Assembly: GCA_041742375.1 (NCBI GenBank)
Contig: JBGSIU010000044.1
Span: 2,161-66,160 of the forward strand
Origin: Patescibacteria group bacterium
GTDB taxonomy: Bacteria; Patescibacteriota; Microgenomatia; JBGSIU01
Direction: 5' to 3'
Length of the DNA stretch: 64,000 bases
Shown here: positions 1 to 8,970 of the stretch, in pieces
Numbering within the stretch: the stretch's first letter is position 1
Layout: each line of letters opens with the position of its first letter
Position numbers and translations under genes: made by a program
The notes under the pieces: model-generated
The model's database searches: none
Told to the model about the DNA's origin: nothing
Seen by the model: only the letters and a program-made list of their open reading frames with translations

Positions 1-1
1 T

Positions 2-403
2 ACTTGGTATTTAAATGACTATTATTTGGTTTACGCCAAAACGCAGGGAAAATATTTTCAATATGGTTACCGTCAAGCCGTGGATTATATTATGGCACAT
101 AAAAATGAATACCGGCAAATTTATTTAACAAGTCATTACGGTCGGCCGTATATTTACGTGCTCTGGTATGGAAAAATTCCGGCAACTGAATTTTTGGCAA
201 ATTCAAATGTGGTTAAAAATGAATTCGGGTTTTATAACGTTTATCGATTTGAAAACATCTATTTTAATATTACGGATCTTGGCGCGGGAAATTCGTTGTT
301 GATTATCGAACCGCAAAAAATGGACGATTCTCCCAATCGGAAAATTCTGGAAAAGATTAATTATCCGAGTGGCGAACCGGCGTTTATAATTTGGGAAACA
401 TAG
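2..403 (+). CDS. C-terminal end of an ArnT/PMT-like GT-C glycosyltransferase (5' truncated by the window edge)
   Basis: Frame is open from position 2. QYGYRQAVDYI...PYIYVLWY resembles the C-terminal part of the next gene (WQYGYKQVAEFL...PYIYMLLY). Confidence 0.75.
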   Translation, partial: TWYLNDYYLVYAKTQGKYFQYGYRQAVDYIMAHKNEYRQIYLTSHYGRPYIYVLWYGKIPATEFLANSNVVKNEFGFYNVYRFENIYFNITDLGAGNSLLIIEPQKMDDSPNRKILEKINYPSGEPAFIIWET

Positions 404-514
404 AAAATTTGAAATTTTTAATTTGAAATTCGAAATCAAATCTTAAATATTTTAAATTTAAAAATTAAGACATTAGATATTGATTAAAAATTAAAATTTA
501 AAAATTAAAAATTT
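404..514. repeat. AT-rich 7-bp-periodic inverted repeat array (hairpin-forming)
   Basis: Left arm AAATTTG AAATTTT TAATTTG AAATTCG AAATCAA (405-439); right arm TTGATT AAAAATT AAAATTT AAAAATT AAAAATT (480-513). The arms are complementary with periodic mismatches. Confidence 0.8.
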
Positions 515-2008
515 CTGAAATCAAAAATAATACTAACTTCGATTGTTCTATTGGCGTTTGTTTTACGTTTTTACAATCTATCAAGTAACCCACCGTCACT
601 CGATTGGGATGAAGCGGGGAACGCCTGGAGTTCATATTCGATTTTAAAAACGGGTTCTGATGAATACGGTCACAAATTTCCGATCACTCTGCGCTCGTTT
701 AGCGATTACAAGCCGGCCATGTATGCGTATGCCATGATGCCGGCCATCAAACTGTTCGGTTTAAACGAATTCGCCGTGCGTTTTCCGTCGGCGCTTGCTG
801 GTTCTTTGCTGCCGCTGGCAATATATCTTCTTTTTTCGTTGTTATCCTTTTCCTCTATGTCATTCCAGCGAAGGCTGGAATCTTCCGTTCTTCCTCTCCT
901 TGCCGCTTTTCTCACGGCGATTAACCCCTGGATAATTCAATTTTCCCGCGGGGGTTTTGAAGCGAATCTTGGACTTAGTCTGGTTCTATGGGGGATAGTG
1001 ATGATGTTATGCGGACGAAAAACCATAATCTATATTTTGGGTTTGGGTTTATTGGTACTTTCGGTATATGTATATCATGCCAACAAATTTGTCGCACCGG
1101 TTTTTGCCGTACTTCTGACGCTTTATTTATTTAAAAAAAGAAAAATTTCACGGCTTGCGGTTGTCGTGGCCGCGATCATAATGGTACTGTTACTTTTCCC
1201 GTTTAGTTTGACGGTGCAGCGTGGTTATGGTTTATCGCGTTTGAGTGGTGTTGCGGTGGGGAATGTATACGATTCCCTGCAAAATTTTCTTTCTCATTTT
1301 AATTTTGACTTTTTGTTTTTGAACGGGGATGGAAATGCACGCCACCACGTGTTGGGCTTTGGTTTATTTTATGTTTTCGAAGCAATTCTCATGGGAGCAG
1401 GGATAATTTCATTTTCGAAAAACTTTCGTCACCGCGTCATTTTTCTCGTTTTGTTCATTGTGTCTCTCTTGCCGGCCGCGGTGGCCGCCGAGGCGCCGCA
1501 TGCCATTCGCAGTATCTTGTCATTTCCGTTTTTTTTAACACTGGTCGTTTTTGGTTTTGTGATAATCATCAAATATAAATGGGGAAAATTTTTACTCCTT
1601 ACCGCCTATGCATATTTTTTCCTGTTTTACGTGAACGCGCGTTTTAAGCACTATCCGTTTGAAGTTTCGCAATCTTGGCAATACGGCTACAAACAAGTGG
1701 CGGAGTTTCTTTTTGAAGAAAACAATTATCAAAAATACGATAAAATAGTAAGTACCACAGCGTACAACCAGCCGTATATTTATATGTTATTGTATGGGGG
1801 AAACAGATTTCTGGCATCAAAAAATGACGGCACGTTTCAAAACGGTTTTGCCAAATTCGAATTTAAAAAAATAAATTGGCAGGAAGAAAAAAACCGCCAA
1901 AATGTTTTGTTCGTCGGTACGGAAGACGAATTACGTGACGCAATAAACGTGGTCGATACAATATATTTTTTAGATGGAAAAGTGGCATTTAAAATAGTTG
2001 GTAGTTAG
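515..2008 (+). CDS. ArnT/PMT-like (GT39/GT83-like) GT-C glycosyltransferase; probable non-canonical CTG start
   Basis: LRFYNL..PPSLDWDEA acidic first loop, RFPSAL motif, many TM helices. The frame extends upstream of TTG551 to TAA506 (LKSKIILTSIVLLAFVLR), completing TM1. Start position is uncertain. Confidence 0.85.
   Translation: MKSKIILTSIVLLAFVLRFYNLSSNPPSLDWDEAGNAWSSYSILKTGSDEYGHKFPITLRSFSDYKPAMYAYAMMPAIKLFGLNEFAVRFPSALAGSLLPLAIYLLFSLLSFSSMSFQRRLESSVLPLLAAFLTAINPWIIQFSRGGFEANLGLSLVLWGIVMMLCGRKTIIYILGLGLLVLSVYVYHANKFVAPVFAVLLTLYLFKKRKISRLAVVVAAIIMVLLLFPFSLTVQRGYGLSRLSGVAVGNVYDSLQNFLSHFNFDFLFLNGDGNARHHVLGFGLFYVFEAILMGAGIISFSKNFRHRVIFLVLFIVSLLPAAVAAEAPHAIRSILSFPFFLTLVVFGFVIIIKYKWGKFLLLTAYAYFFLFYVNARFKHYPFEVSQSWQYGYKQVAEFLFEENNYQKYDKIVSTTAYNQPYIYMLLYGGNRFLASKNDGTFQNGFAKFEFKKINWQEEKNRQNVLFVGTEDELRDAINVVDTIYFLDGKVAFKIVGS
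858..883. repeat. REP-like palindrome in-frame inside the CDS
   Basis: TGTC-ATTCCAGC-GAAG-GCTGGAAT-CT, a perfect 8-bp stem; translated as MSFQRRLES. Confidence 0.7.
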
Positions 2009-2066
2009 CAGTCGGCAGTCAACAGAAAAAAATATTTAATTTTCTGCAAACTGTAAACTGCAAACT
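1996..2066. repeat. 7-bp-periodic inverted repeat array
   Basis: AGTTGGT AGTTAGC AGTCGGC AGTCAAC AGAAAA ... TTTT CTGCAAA CTGTAAA CTGCAAA CT. It contains the TAG stop of the upstream gene. Confidence 0.8.
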
Positions 2067-2073
2067 CTCAATA

Positions 2074-2994
2074 ATGAACATTCTAGTTACGGGCGGCGCG
2101 GGTTTTATCGCCTCCCACGTTACGGATTTATACATCGCAGAGGGGTATAACGTGTTAATTGTTGACGATTTGTCTTCCGGCAGCGAAAAAAATCTTAATC
2201 CCAAAGCGAAATTCGTGAAAATGGATATCCGCGATGCAAAAATCCGTGATTTGATCAAAGAGAATCACATCGAGGTGGTTAATCACCACGCCGCACAATT
2301 AAAAGTGCGCGATTCGGTGGAAAATCCCCTTAATGACGCGGACATTAATATCAAGGGTATACTTAACATTCTGGAAGTCATAAAAACTCATCCTTTGAAA
2401 AAATTCATCTTTGCCTCATCCGGCGGTGCCGTGTATGGCGAAGCGGATGTGATTCCGACGCCGGAAACGTTTATGCCGCGGCCATTGTCACCATATGGCA
2501 TCGCAAAATTGGCCAGTGAAAAATATCTCTTTTATTATCACAAAAATTTCGGGTTGAGTTACACGGCCCTGCGCTATGCAAATGTGTTTGGTCCGCGACA
2601 GGATCCATTCGGCGAAGCCGGCGTGGTCGCGATTTTTGCCAAAAAAATGCTGAAAAATGAAACACCGGTGATTAATGGCGACGGCTTGCAAACCCGCGAC
2701 TATGTTTTCGTGAAAGATGTGGCCGCCGCAAATCTCGCGGTCCTCGAAAAAGATTATTGCGGGGAAATCAATATCGGCACCGCACAAGAAATTAACGTCA
2801 ATGATTTGGCAGAAACGCTCAAAAAAGAAACCGGCTACCTTGGCGAAATCAAGCACGGCGAAGCCAAATTGGGGGAACAAAAAAGAAGTTGTTTAAATAT
2901 CTCCAAAGCAAAAAAGATTTTAAACTGGGAGCCAAAATATTATTTATCACAAGGTTTAAAAGAAACAGTGAAATATTTTAAGAAGAATTTATGA
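2074..2994 (+). CDS. NAD-dependent UDP-sugar 4-epimerase (extended SDR, GalE-like)
   Basis: TGGAGFIAS Rossmann motif, YGIAK catalytic motif, LRYANVFGPRQ, TRDYVFV. Confidence 0.9.
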   Translation: MNILVTGGAGFIASHVTDLYIAEGYNVLIVDDLSSGSEKNLNPKAKFVKMDIRDAKIRDLIKENHIEVVNHHAAQLKVRDSVENPLNDADINIKGILNILEVIKTHPLKKFIFASSGGAVYGEADVIPTPETFMPRPLSPYGIAKLASEKYLFYYHKNFGLSYTALRYANVFGPRQDPFGEAGVVAIFAKKMLKNETPVINGDGLQTRDYVFVKDVAAANLAVLEKDYCGEINIGTAQEINVNDLAETLKKETGYLGEIKHGEAKLGEQKRSCLNISKAKKILNWEPKYYLSQGLKETVKYFKKNL

Positions 2995-3743
2995 TTAGCG
3001 GTAAAAAAATAATCGTCGTCATGCCCGCGTATAACGCGGAAAAAACCATCGAAAAAACCTACGCCGATTTGCCGAAAAATGTGGTTGACGAAGTGATTGT
3101 GGTGGACGATTGCTCGCGCGATCGGACGGTGGAAATCGCCAAAAAGATGGGTTTAAAAACAGTGGTGCACCAGAAAAACACGGGCTACGGCGGCAACCAG
3201 AAAACTTGTTACGCCGAAGCATTGAAAGACGGCGCGGACGTCGTTGTCATGCTGCACCCCGACTATCAATATGACAGCACGCTCACGCCAGATTTGGTGA
3301 AGCCGATTATCGAAGGAAGATATGATTTGATGTTTGGTTCCCGCATTCGCACGCGTGTTGAGGTTTTGGCCGGCGGCATGCCCTTGAAAAAATATATTTT
3401 GAACAGAATTTTCTGCGTCATTGAAAATCTGGTTCTCGGTGTCAATTTCACCGAGCATTTTAGCGGCTACCGCGCGTATTCAAAAAAAGTTTTGCAAGCC
3501 TTGCCATTCAAAAAATTTTCTGATGATTTTGCCTTTGATCAGGAATTCATGATCTCGGCCATTGCCGCGGGTTTTCGCGTGGGCGAAATTCCGGTCCCTG
3601 TCCGCTATTTTTCCGAAGCCTCGTCCATCAAATGGTGGCGCGGCAGCAAATTCCTTTTGCAAACTCTTTCGACGCTTCTAAAATTTATTATCTTCAAAAT
3701 TGGCAGAGTTAAATTTAAGATTTTTATATCGCAAAAGGCATGA
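2991..3743 (+). CDS. GT2 polyprenol-phosphate glycosyltransferase (DPM1-like)
   Basis: VMPAYN, VVDDCSRD, NTGYGG, HPDYQYD, GSR, SGYRAY. Confidence 0.88.
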   Translation: MISGKKIIVVMPAYNAEKTIEKTYADLPKNVVDEVIVVDDCSRDRTVEIAKKMGLKTVVHQKNTGYGGNQKTCYAEALKDGADVVVMLHPDYQYDSTLTPDLVKPIIEGRYDLMFGSRIRTRVEVLAGGMPLKKYILNRIFCVIENLVLGVNFTEHFSGYRAYSKKVLQALPFKKFSDDFAFDQEFMISAIAAGFRVGEIPVPVRYFSEASSIKWWRGSKFLLQTLSTLLKFIIFKIGRVKFKIFISQKA

Positions 3744-5437
3744 AAAATTTCAAAGCAGATATATTTTTTATTTTCGTATTGCTTATTGTCAGTATTTGGG
3801 CGCTAAAGAGTCTTTTTGGTGGAGCATATTACACGTCTCAAGATGGAATTCATCAAATTGCTAGGCTTTATCATTTTAAGCTTGCTTTGAAGGACGGCGT
3901 GTTCCCGCCGCGATGGGCAAATCAGGCGATGTATGGTTTCGGCTATCCGCTTTTCGAATTTAATTATCATTTGCCCTGGTATGCGGCGATGCCATTAATT
4001 TTCTTGCGGGTGGATCTTTTCGACATCATTAAAATCCTGCATTTTGCCGCGTATTTTTTCTCCGGCGTTTTCATGTATTTTTTCTTAAGGGAGCTTGTAA
4101 AAAAACAATGGGTGGTCGCGGCCGGAACAATATTATTTTTAATTTCGCCGTATCGTTTTTTAAACATTTACGTCCGCAATGCCATGGGGGAAGTTTTTGC
4201 CTTCATGTTCTTTCCGCTGGTTTTTTACGCGCTTTTAAAACTCGCGCGCGCGCCAAAAGCGTGGCATGTGGTGCTTCTCTCAATTTCACTTTATGGCATC
4301 ATTTTGTCGCACGCGTTGTCGTTTGTGATTTTTTTGCCGTCCATCCTCATTTTTGCCGCGTATTGTTTGTTGATTACCCAAAACAAAAAACATTTTGTGG
4401 TTCGCGGAACGGCCGCTTTCTTATTATTCCTGTCTCTTTCGGCATATTATCTTTTTCCGGCATATCTTGAGAAAAGTTACACGATTTTTGATTCCAAGTT
4501 CCAGCAAATCTATGGGGGTGAACTTTTGGACATCAAAAAAGTAATATATACCCCTTGGGGTTACGCTGGCAATGGGAACCCCGCAGACACGGTGATGAGT
4601 TTTCAATTTGGGATTGCCAATTGGGCGGCGGCACTCAGCGGATTGATTGCGGTTTTGTACTTTGTTATCAAAAGAAAAATTAAGGAAAATTTATTGATTG
4701 TGATTTCATCTCTCACAATTTTATTTTCTATTTCTCTTACCATGAAGCAATCTTTGCCATTCTGGGACATGATGGCGAAAATTTTTGCGATTGATTTTCC
4801 GTGGAAGTTGGTGGGAATTGCGGTTTTGTGGTCTGGCATTTTATTGTCTCTGGTTCTTAATAAAATCAAGAATCCCGCCAAATATTTCATTTTGATCGTG
4901 ATTTTGGGACTCGCTTTCTATGCCAACCGCAACCACATTCGTGTCAATAAATATGTTTCGTTTGACATTCCCATGGCCGTCTTTTTCGAAAAAAGCACCA
5001 ACACGGAAGACGAATATCTGCCTCAGAGAGTGAATGGTTTTAATTTTGGCGACGACAAAAATATGACGATCAAGTTAATCGACCGAGTCGAGACAGATAA
5101 AAAAGGAAAAGTGTCTCGCGTTGTGGATAAAAATCAAGAATTCTCTTTTAATTATGTTGGCCCGGAAGCAAATGCCACCGTTAAAAAAATCTACTTTCCT
5201 GGCTGGTCAGTAATGACAAATGATAATCATAAAATAAATTTTACCTTCGAAAATGGTTTTTTTAATTTCAAATTGCCCAAAGGCAACTCGAATATCAAGA
5301 TTATGTATGAGGGAACCCTTCTGGTGAGGACATCAACGCTTCTGTCTGTTTTTGCTTGGGGGTTAACACTCGCATATTTTTTATCCCTTATTGGTACCTA
5401 TGTTAAAAACAAAAGTAAAAAAAATAATCAAAAATAA
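3740..5437 (+). CDS. YfhO/PTPS-related-family membrane protein, probable GT-C glycosyltransferase
   Basis: QDGIHQIAR, PRW..GFGYPLF, SPYR..YVRNAMGE, QFG, FPWK, EYLP, YFPGW, final TM helix. Confidence 0.75.
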   Translation: MKNFKADIFFIFVLLIVSIWALKSLFGGAYYTSQDGIHQIARLYHFKLALKDGVFPPRWANQAMYGFGYPLFEFNYHLPWYAAMPLIFLRVDLFDIIKILHFAAYFFSGVFMYFFLRELVKKQWVVAAGTILFLISPYRFLNIYVRNAMGEVFAFMFFPLVFYALLKLARAPKAWHVVLLSISLYGIILSHALSFVIFLPSILIFAAYCLLITQNKKHFVVRGTAAFLLFLSLSAYYLFPAYLEKSYTIFDSKFQQIYGGELLDIKKVIYTPWGYAGNGNPADTVMSFQFGIANWAAALSGLIAVLYFVIKRKIKENLLIVISSLTILFSISLTMKQSLPFWDMMAKIFAIDFPWKLVGIAVLWSGILLSLVLNKIKNPAKYFILIVILGLAFYANRNHIRVNKYVSFDIPMAVFFEKSTNTEDEYLPQRVNGFNFGDDKNMTIKLIDRVETDKKGKVSRVVDKNQEFSFNYVGPEANATVKKIYFPGWSVMTNDNHKINFTFENGFFNFKLPKGNSNIKIMYEGTLLVRTSTLLSVFAWGLTLAYFLSLIGTYVKNKSKKNNQK

Positions 5438-6851
5438 TCTTTCACCGATTTTAGTTTCCGTTTTTTGTTTTTTCCTCTTTTTTGATGGTTTTCTAACATA
5501 TTTTCATCAAGACGATTTTATTCAAATGTTTTATTCCCAAAATCTAAAATCAGTTTTAGATGCTTTTAACATTTTTCGCTCCGCAGAATTTGCTTTTTAC
5601 AGACCAATTCCCACCCAGCTATATTTTTTTATCACTAAATCAATTTTTGGTTGGAACCCGCTTGGGTATCACGTGGTTAATTTTTTAATTTTTGCAGTTA
5701 ATATTTTTCTTTTTTATCATTTAGTCAAAACGCTTGTTAATAAAAAAATTGCATCGTTCGCGGTGATTTTTTTTGCCGTCAACACAACTCATTTTGCCCC
5801 GCTCCATGCGGCGTCATACGTACATGAACTTTTTCTGGTTTTATTCTCACTTTTATCATGCTTATCTTTTGCCAAATATTTAAAATCTGCGGTTCGTTTT
5901 AATTTATTCTTAGCGGTTTTGTTTTTTATAGGTGCTTTAATGTCAAAGGAAACCGCGGTCGTCGTCCCGGGGCTTTTGGCAATCGAATATCTGCTTTTTT
6001 CTCCCAAAAAGTCAATGATAAGCTTTTTTAAAATTATTTTATTATTTTTAATTTTTTTAATATCGTATTTATCTTTTCATTTTTTTTTATATGGGATGCC
6101 GGAAAGTTCTTCTTACAGATTAGTTATTGGAAAAGAAAATTTAAAAATGTATTTATGGTATTTTATTTGGGGTCTTTCCGCACCGAATATTTTGATTGAT
6201 TTTATAGAACCCGGATTAAAAATTAAAAATGTTTTTTTTGATATTACAAAAATTAATGGTTATGTATTTTTTATGGGATTTTTTGCATTAATGATCTTTC
6301 TTGGAATATTATTTACCATCAATTTGTTAAAAAAACGAGACAATAATAAGGTTCTAATTTTTTCTTTTCTTTGGTTTTTCCTAAGTTTGATTCCCCTAGT
6401 TGTTTTTCCACTTCATAAACTTGCCATCGAACAAGCGCTTGCCATCCTTGGACTATCTCTTTTTGTTGGTTTTGTTATTTCAAAGTTTTCGAACAAAGTG
6501 GCTTTTTGTTTTATATGTCTATATGTTCTTATTGCTATTAATTCAGCAGTGATCGAAAGACGCACTCATTGGATTATTAGGAGTTCCATTCAGGCAAAAA
6601 ACATCGTTAATTTGATTAAAAATGCAAAAATAGGTTCCAAGAAACAAATATATTTTAAAGATGGCGCGGTGGTGATTCCTGAATATGGTTCGTCAAAACA
6701 GATCTTTCTTGCTTCGGGAAACGGAAAACTGTTTTCCCTGATGTTTGGAATCATAGAGCGGCACGTGCACTTTGAAAGCGTTAATCCGCTACCTCTAAAT
6801 TACACTGGCGAAATTCTGAAAGTTGACTCTTCCAAGCTTCTAGGTTATTGA
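5400..6851 (+). CDS. GT-C-fold glycosyltransferase (TMTC/PMT-like)
   Basis: YFHQDDF, FYRPI, FGWNPLGYH and MSKETA motifs; multi-TM. ATG at 5400 preferred over TTG5391. Confidence 0.8.
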   Translation: MLKTKVKKIIKNNLSPILVSVFCFFLFFDGFLTYFHQDDFIQMFYSQNLKSVLDAFNIFRSAEFAFYRPIPTQLYFFITKSIFGWNPLGYHVVNFLIFAVNIFLFYHLVKTLVNKKIASFAVIFFAVNTTHFAPLHAASYVHELFLVLFSLLSCLSFAKYLKSAVRFNLFLAVLFFIGALMSKETAVVVPGLLAIEYLLFSPKKSMISFFKIILLFLIFLISYLSFHFFLYGMPESSSYRLVIGKENLKMYLWYFIWGLSAPNILIDFIEPGLKIKNVFFDITKINGYVFFMGFFALMIFLGILFTINLLKKRDNNKVLIFSFLWFFLSLIPLVVFPLHKLAIEQALAILGLSLFVGFVISKFSNKVAFCFICLYVLIAINSAVIERRTHWIIRSSIQAKNIVNLIKNAKIGSKKQIYFKDGAVVIPEYGSSKQIFLASGNGKLFSLMFGIIERHVHFESVNPLPLNYTGEILKVDSSKLLGY

Positions 6852-8376
6852 TTTTTAGAAAATTAAGACCTCCGGTTTTTTCCATAATCAGTTTTTGTTC
6901 ATAAATATTTAAACACCGATCCATGTCATAGTAGTTTTCCTGCAGGTTCTGGGGGAGCAGAGAAGATTTCAGAAGATATCTTTTGCTGAAATCATCGGTT
7001 AAAACATTAAAAGCCACCCCGTCAGCAAGCGTCGCACGTGCACCGGGACTATCTATCCGCCAAACGACATAGTGAATCTTTTTTGGAATTTTCAGCTTTT
7101 CAAAAGCGGTAAACCTGTTTTTCACTTCAAACGGATCGGCAAAAACCCAGTGATTGTTGTCGAGGAATCTCAAAGTTAAAAAACTGGTTAAGATAAATGA
7201 CAAAATCACCAGATATGTCAGCGCATATTTATGGTTTGAATATATCACGGAAGCAAAAGCGATCCAGAAACCAACCTGCGCCAAAAAAGGATAATATGGA
7301 TATACTCTTTTTGGAATCACCAGAATGGGGAGAAGTGCCATAAAAAACCAAAGTACGCCAAAGAGGGTAATTTTATTAAAAATAGATCTTGGATTTTTGA
7401 TTAAAGCCAAAATGCCGGTGATGAACAACAATATAACGTTGAGGCTTAGAATAAGCGGATAGATTTGGAACGTTTCCGTAAACCACTGGTCCGTAAAAGG
7501 AAATTGGCGGGGGGCAAGATGAACCGTGGTTGGCTCGGAAAAATTAAGAAGCCAAGCAAAAAAAACAATAACATTTTTAATTATCATTTGAGGAGAAAAA
7601 CCCAAAGAATATGAATCCGTGGTGGGGATTTTAAAAACGATAAAACGAAAAATAAGATAAAAGAGGACGATACCAAACTGAAAAGTGAGGCGTAGAAAAG
7701 TTTGCTTATTCATTTTTCTGAAAAAAATAACCGTTAAAAACATTATGGTAGGCAAGACCACGGCGGTTTCGATTGACAGTAGTGATAAAACAAGAAAAAG
7801 TTCCGGAAGAAAAAATTTGCAGGCTCGTTTCTTATCAAACAGTAAAAAATAGAGCAAAATATAAAATAAAGCAATCGAGTTAAACGTTGAAGCCACCCAA
7901 GTCAATTCATAAAAATGGGTGGCGCTGATTGAAAAAAGAAACGCGGTAAAAAACCCGGTTAAATTATTCCGGAGAAGTTTTTTGACAAAATAAAAAACCA
8001 AAACTGAATTAACGGAATGAAGAATAAGTTGAAAAAAATGATAATAGTTAGCATTTAAACCGAAAAGCCGGTAGAATGTGAAATAAAACAGTTGCAAAGA
8101 AATCGGACGGTAATAAATCGTGTCGCTTCGCGGAATAAAGAATTGAAAAAACTCTCTTAAATTTGAAGCTCGGGAGATAGAAAAAAGAAAAAAATCATCT
8201 TTAAAAAAATAGACAGAAAAAGATTTACGAAATAATATAAAATTAAGGGAAGAAAAAAAAGCAACCTGCACGAAAAATAAAAATATATGAAAATATCTAT
8301 CCTTATTCCCGTGTTTAACGAAGAGGAAACGATGATGCAAATTCTTGATAAAGTTTCTTCGGTTAATATCTTCCAT
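6781..8376 (-). CDS. GT-C-fold glycosyltransferase, paralogue of 5400-6851 (start uncertain: ATG 8376 or GTG 8271)
   Basis: YFFKDDF, YYRPI, FGLNANYYH, LSIETA. Long ORF filling a region with no + strand gene. Confidence 0.8.
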   Translation of the reverse strand: MEDINRRNFIKNLHHRFLFVKHGNKDRYFHIFLFFVQVAFFSSLNFILFRKSFSVYFFKDDFFLFSISRASNLREFFQFFIPRSDTIYYRPISLQLFYFTFYRLFGLNANYYHFFQLILHSVNSVLVFYFVKKLLRNNLTGFFTAFLFSISATHFYELTWVASTFNSIALFYILLYFLLFDKKRACKFFLPELFLVLSLLSIETAVVLPTIMFLTVIFFRKMNKQTFLRLTFQFGIVLFYLIFRFIVFKIPTTDSYSLGFSPQMIIKNVIVFFAWLLNFSEPTTVHLAPRQFPFTDQWFTETFQIYPLILSLNVILLFITGILALIKNPRSIFNKITLFGVLWFFMALLPILVIPKRVYPYYPFLAQVGFWIAFASVIYSNHKYALTYLVILSFILTSFLTLRFLDNNHWVFADPFEVKNRFTAFEKLKIPKKIHYVVWRIDSPGARATLADGVAFNVLTDDFSKRYLLKSSLLPQNLQENYYDMDRCLNIYEQKLIMEKTGGLNFLKINNLEAWKSQLSEFRQCNLEVAD

Positions 8377-8970
8377 ATAAAAAAAGAAATAATTGTTATT
8401 GATGATTGTTCTACAGACCGAACTGCTCAAATTTTAATGAAAAGCGGCAATAAAATCAAATATCTGAGAAATGAAAAAAATCGCGGGAAAGGATATTCGG
8501 TGCGACGCGGTATTAAAGTGGCAACGGGTGACGTCATGATCATGCAGGATGCGGATTTGGAATATGACCCCAACGATTATGAAAAGCTTCTAAAACCGAT
8601 TTTCGACGGGAAAGCAAATGTTGTTTTTGGCTCGCGTTTCACCGGAGAACATAACAATCTTTTCTTCACGCATTTCATCGCCAACAAATTTATCACCTTT
8701 TTAATCGACGTCTTTTTTAACACCACCTTATCCGATGTTGAAGTGGGATACAAAGTTTTTAAAAAAAGCTTGCTTGATAAAATTAATCTTCGTGAAGACC
8801 GATTTAGTTTTGAGATTGAAATCACCGCCAAAATTTTAAAACTTAAAGAAAAAATCTTTGAAGTGCCGATTTCGTATACGGGCCGTGGCTATGAAGAAGG
8901 AAAAAAAATCGGATGGAAAGATGGTCTTCAGGCTTTGTGGTGCGTTTTTAAATATCGATTTTTTGTATGA
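8287..8970 (+). CDS. GT2 polyprenol-phosphate glycosyltransferase (DPM1-like)
   Basis: IPVFNEE, DDCSTD, NRGKG, QDADLEYDP, GSRF, GKKIGWKDG. Confidence 0.9.
   Translation: MKISILIPVFNEEETMMQILDKVSSVNIFHIKKEIIVIDDCSTDRTAQILMKSGNKIKYLRNEKNRGKGYSVRRGIKVATGDVMIMQDADLEYDPNDYEKLLKPIFDGKANVVFGSRFTGEHNNLFFTHFIANKFITFLIDVFFNTTLSDVEVGYKVFKKSLLDKINLREDRFSFEIEITAKILKLKEKIFEVPISYTGRGYEEGKKIGWKDGLQALWCVFKYRFFV

Noticed and set aside
203-439. Minus-strand 78-aa ORF (MISNFKLKISN...)
   Set aside because: Its N-terminus is just translated heptamer repeat and the rest is antisense to a real gene.
404-2066. Repeat arrays as a CRISPR array
   Set aside because: Units are 7 bp with no unique spacers, and there are no cas genes.
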